A stretch of DNA of 64,000 bases from Rhizophagus irregularis (lineage: Eukaryota): NCBI RefSeq assembly GCF_026210795.1, contig NC_089432.1, positions 4,340,001-4,404,000 on the forward strand, read 5' to 3'. The position numbers and the translations under genes are program-made. Positions within the stretch are counted from its first letter, which is position 1. The number at the start of each line of letters is the position of its first letter. The notes beneath the pieces are model-generated. The model saw only the letters and a list, made by a program, of their open reading frames with translations. It was not told the origin of the DNA and searched no databases. Below are positions 62,326-64,000 of this stretch, one piece after another.

Positions 62326-62478
62326 GGGCATCCTTAACGTACAGTAGGGGTGTACAATATTAACGTACAAACTGGCCCGCGTTTAGGAGTTATGCACTTG
62401 CACGTGATAGCGTTAACGTTAATTCTGGTCAGTTCGTACATTAATATCGTACACCCCCACTGTACATTAAGGAATCCC
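62326..62478. mobile_element. 153 bp Mutator-type MITE with 9 bp TSD
   Basis: ~50 bp TIRs starting GGG; exact direct repeat TTACCATTT at 62317-62325 and 62479-62487; empty site in the paralogous promoter near 11794. Confidence 0.92.
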
Positions 62479-62959
62479 TTACCATTTACCAAACAAAAAG
62501 TCAAATCCTCAGTACCGCAGTAATTTCAAATAATGACGTCATCATGAAAATTTTTTTGAAAAAAATATATCAATGTCATTAAAGTATTTTTTTATTTTTA
62601 TCAGAAGTACTATAGGCGACATACAGCTCCTTTCTTGACAAAAATCTGATATTATTTGAATAAAATTGAACTACCACAATCATTTCAACATGATATTGGA
62701 GTTTTTTTTCAGAATGTATAAGATTAAAATAAGAACAAATAAATGAATTTTAATTGAAGTGAGAAGGTAATGATTTTATGGCCAATAAATTCATTACTTG
62801 AATAATTTATTTTAATCGTGAGAAGATTTATTTAATTCGATTAATGATGCCATGATGGTGATGGTAATTTATTTCGTAATAATAATTTTGTATACTGTAT
62901 TGTATTATTTATTATTATTTCAATTTACATTATTTGTATGAGGACGAATATTAATTCAG

Positions 62960-63620
62960 CAACAGATTTTAAATCTTTCTCTCTAAAATATTTAAAGAAA
63001 GAATTTCATGTTTTGGTAAATAAGCTCCCTTTAAATTAAATATTATCCAAACAAAATTAAATATGTATCTTTTCAGAACGAGATATAATATTAATACTCT
63101 GAAGAAATTATGTGAATATATATAATAATTTAATTTTCCAAAAAGTAAACGCTTATTTATAGATCTTATTCGAATTATGTGATGTGGCGTACAATATTGA
63201 AATGATAAATATTTACTCCAGATATTTACAATATTCATTGTAAATTTCCGTATATATATCAAGTCAACTAATTAATAATAATAAAATATTATCTGATATT
63301 GTTGGATTTAATTTCTAGTAATAAGAATATAAAAGAAAGAAAAAGTTTATTGATAAATACAGCCACTTCGTGACGTTAACCGATATACAATAAATACAAT
63401 ATTCATAAAATATTTGATCATTCTACTGAATAATCTTAAATTAAGAATAATATGACTTTTATGAACTCTAATACTTTTGCTAAAATTTGACATACTATAT
63501 CTTCCCAAAATTAGATTATTTAAAGATTTATTAGTATGATATCAATTAGTTAATATTGTCGTTTTATGGAAACTTTTATTAAAATTAGATATGAACCTCT
63601 AATAATTATGAAGAAATCTT
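62960..63620 (-). pseudogene. Third, inverted and more diverged F-box/LRR-like relic
   Basis: NLKGAYLPK corresponds to NLRGIYLP in the plus-strand relics; the adjacent intergenic block 62590-62800 also resembles the reverse complement of about 59100-59390. Confidence 0.4.
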
Positions 63621-63724
63621 TCAATTGGAATCATGTTATTATTCAATTAAATTCATAATAAATAATTATTATTATTTTCTAAATGATGCGACTAAAAGAA
63701 TATTATATTTATTATGGTAACTTT

Positions 63725-64000
63725 AATAATACCATAGCAACGAATAGTGTTATCATGAAAATCAACTTCATGCTTGAATTTTAACAAAATAAAATTCAAA
63801 TTTTTGAAATAAATATATGGACTAAAGATCATAGACAAAAAACATTATTATTAAGTTAAATTACCTCATGAACGATTTGATGTTGTCAAAGATTTTAATG
63901 CGAATTGTTTTCTGTTTTTTACTAATTTGCACGATAAACTTTTGTAAAACCTCCGGTACCATATTGTTAAATTGTAATTGTTTGTATTCATAAAATTTGA
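63725..64000 (-). pseudogene. Decayed exons 1-2 of another kinase-SEL1 family gene (runs off the window)
   Basis: GTGGFTKVYRAN*, FALKS, gag|gtaatt and EVDFHDNTIRCYG match exons 1-2 of 59904-62177, with stop and deletions. Confidence 0.75.

Overview
Very AT-rich eukaryotic DNA with short GT-AG introns. Gene content and style point to an arbuscular mycorrhizal fungus (Glomeromycotina, Rhizophagus-like); this is inferred from gene families, not from a search. The window is an accessory, birth-and-death cluster. It holds three multi-exon Cys-motif/tyrosine-kinase-like (TKL) genes plus several kinase relics, two TKL kinase-SEL1 repeat genes and two kinase-less SEL1-only derivatives. It also holds an intronless Smr nuclease-SEL1 fusion, a five-exon PD-(D/E)xK nuclease-like gene, an F-box/LRR-like gene and its relics. 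Many small non-autonomous transposons are present (TA-flanked MITEs, a Mutator-type MITE, a Helentron/Helitron2-type element, Helitron 3' ends), three of them with an empty site visible in a paralogue. The most unusual structure is a 3.8 kb TIR-bounded element (19687-23521) with no credible ORF. It carries a tRNA-like Pol III promoter, an intron made of about 22 tandem hairpins, and nine repeated micro-exon/intron units whose 5' splice sites and branch points mostly sit in hairpins. Coordinates were read by eye; no database searches were run.
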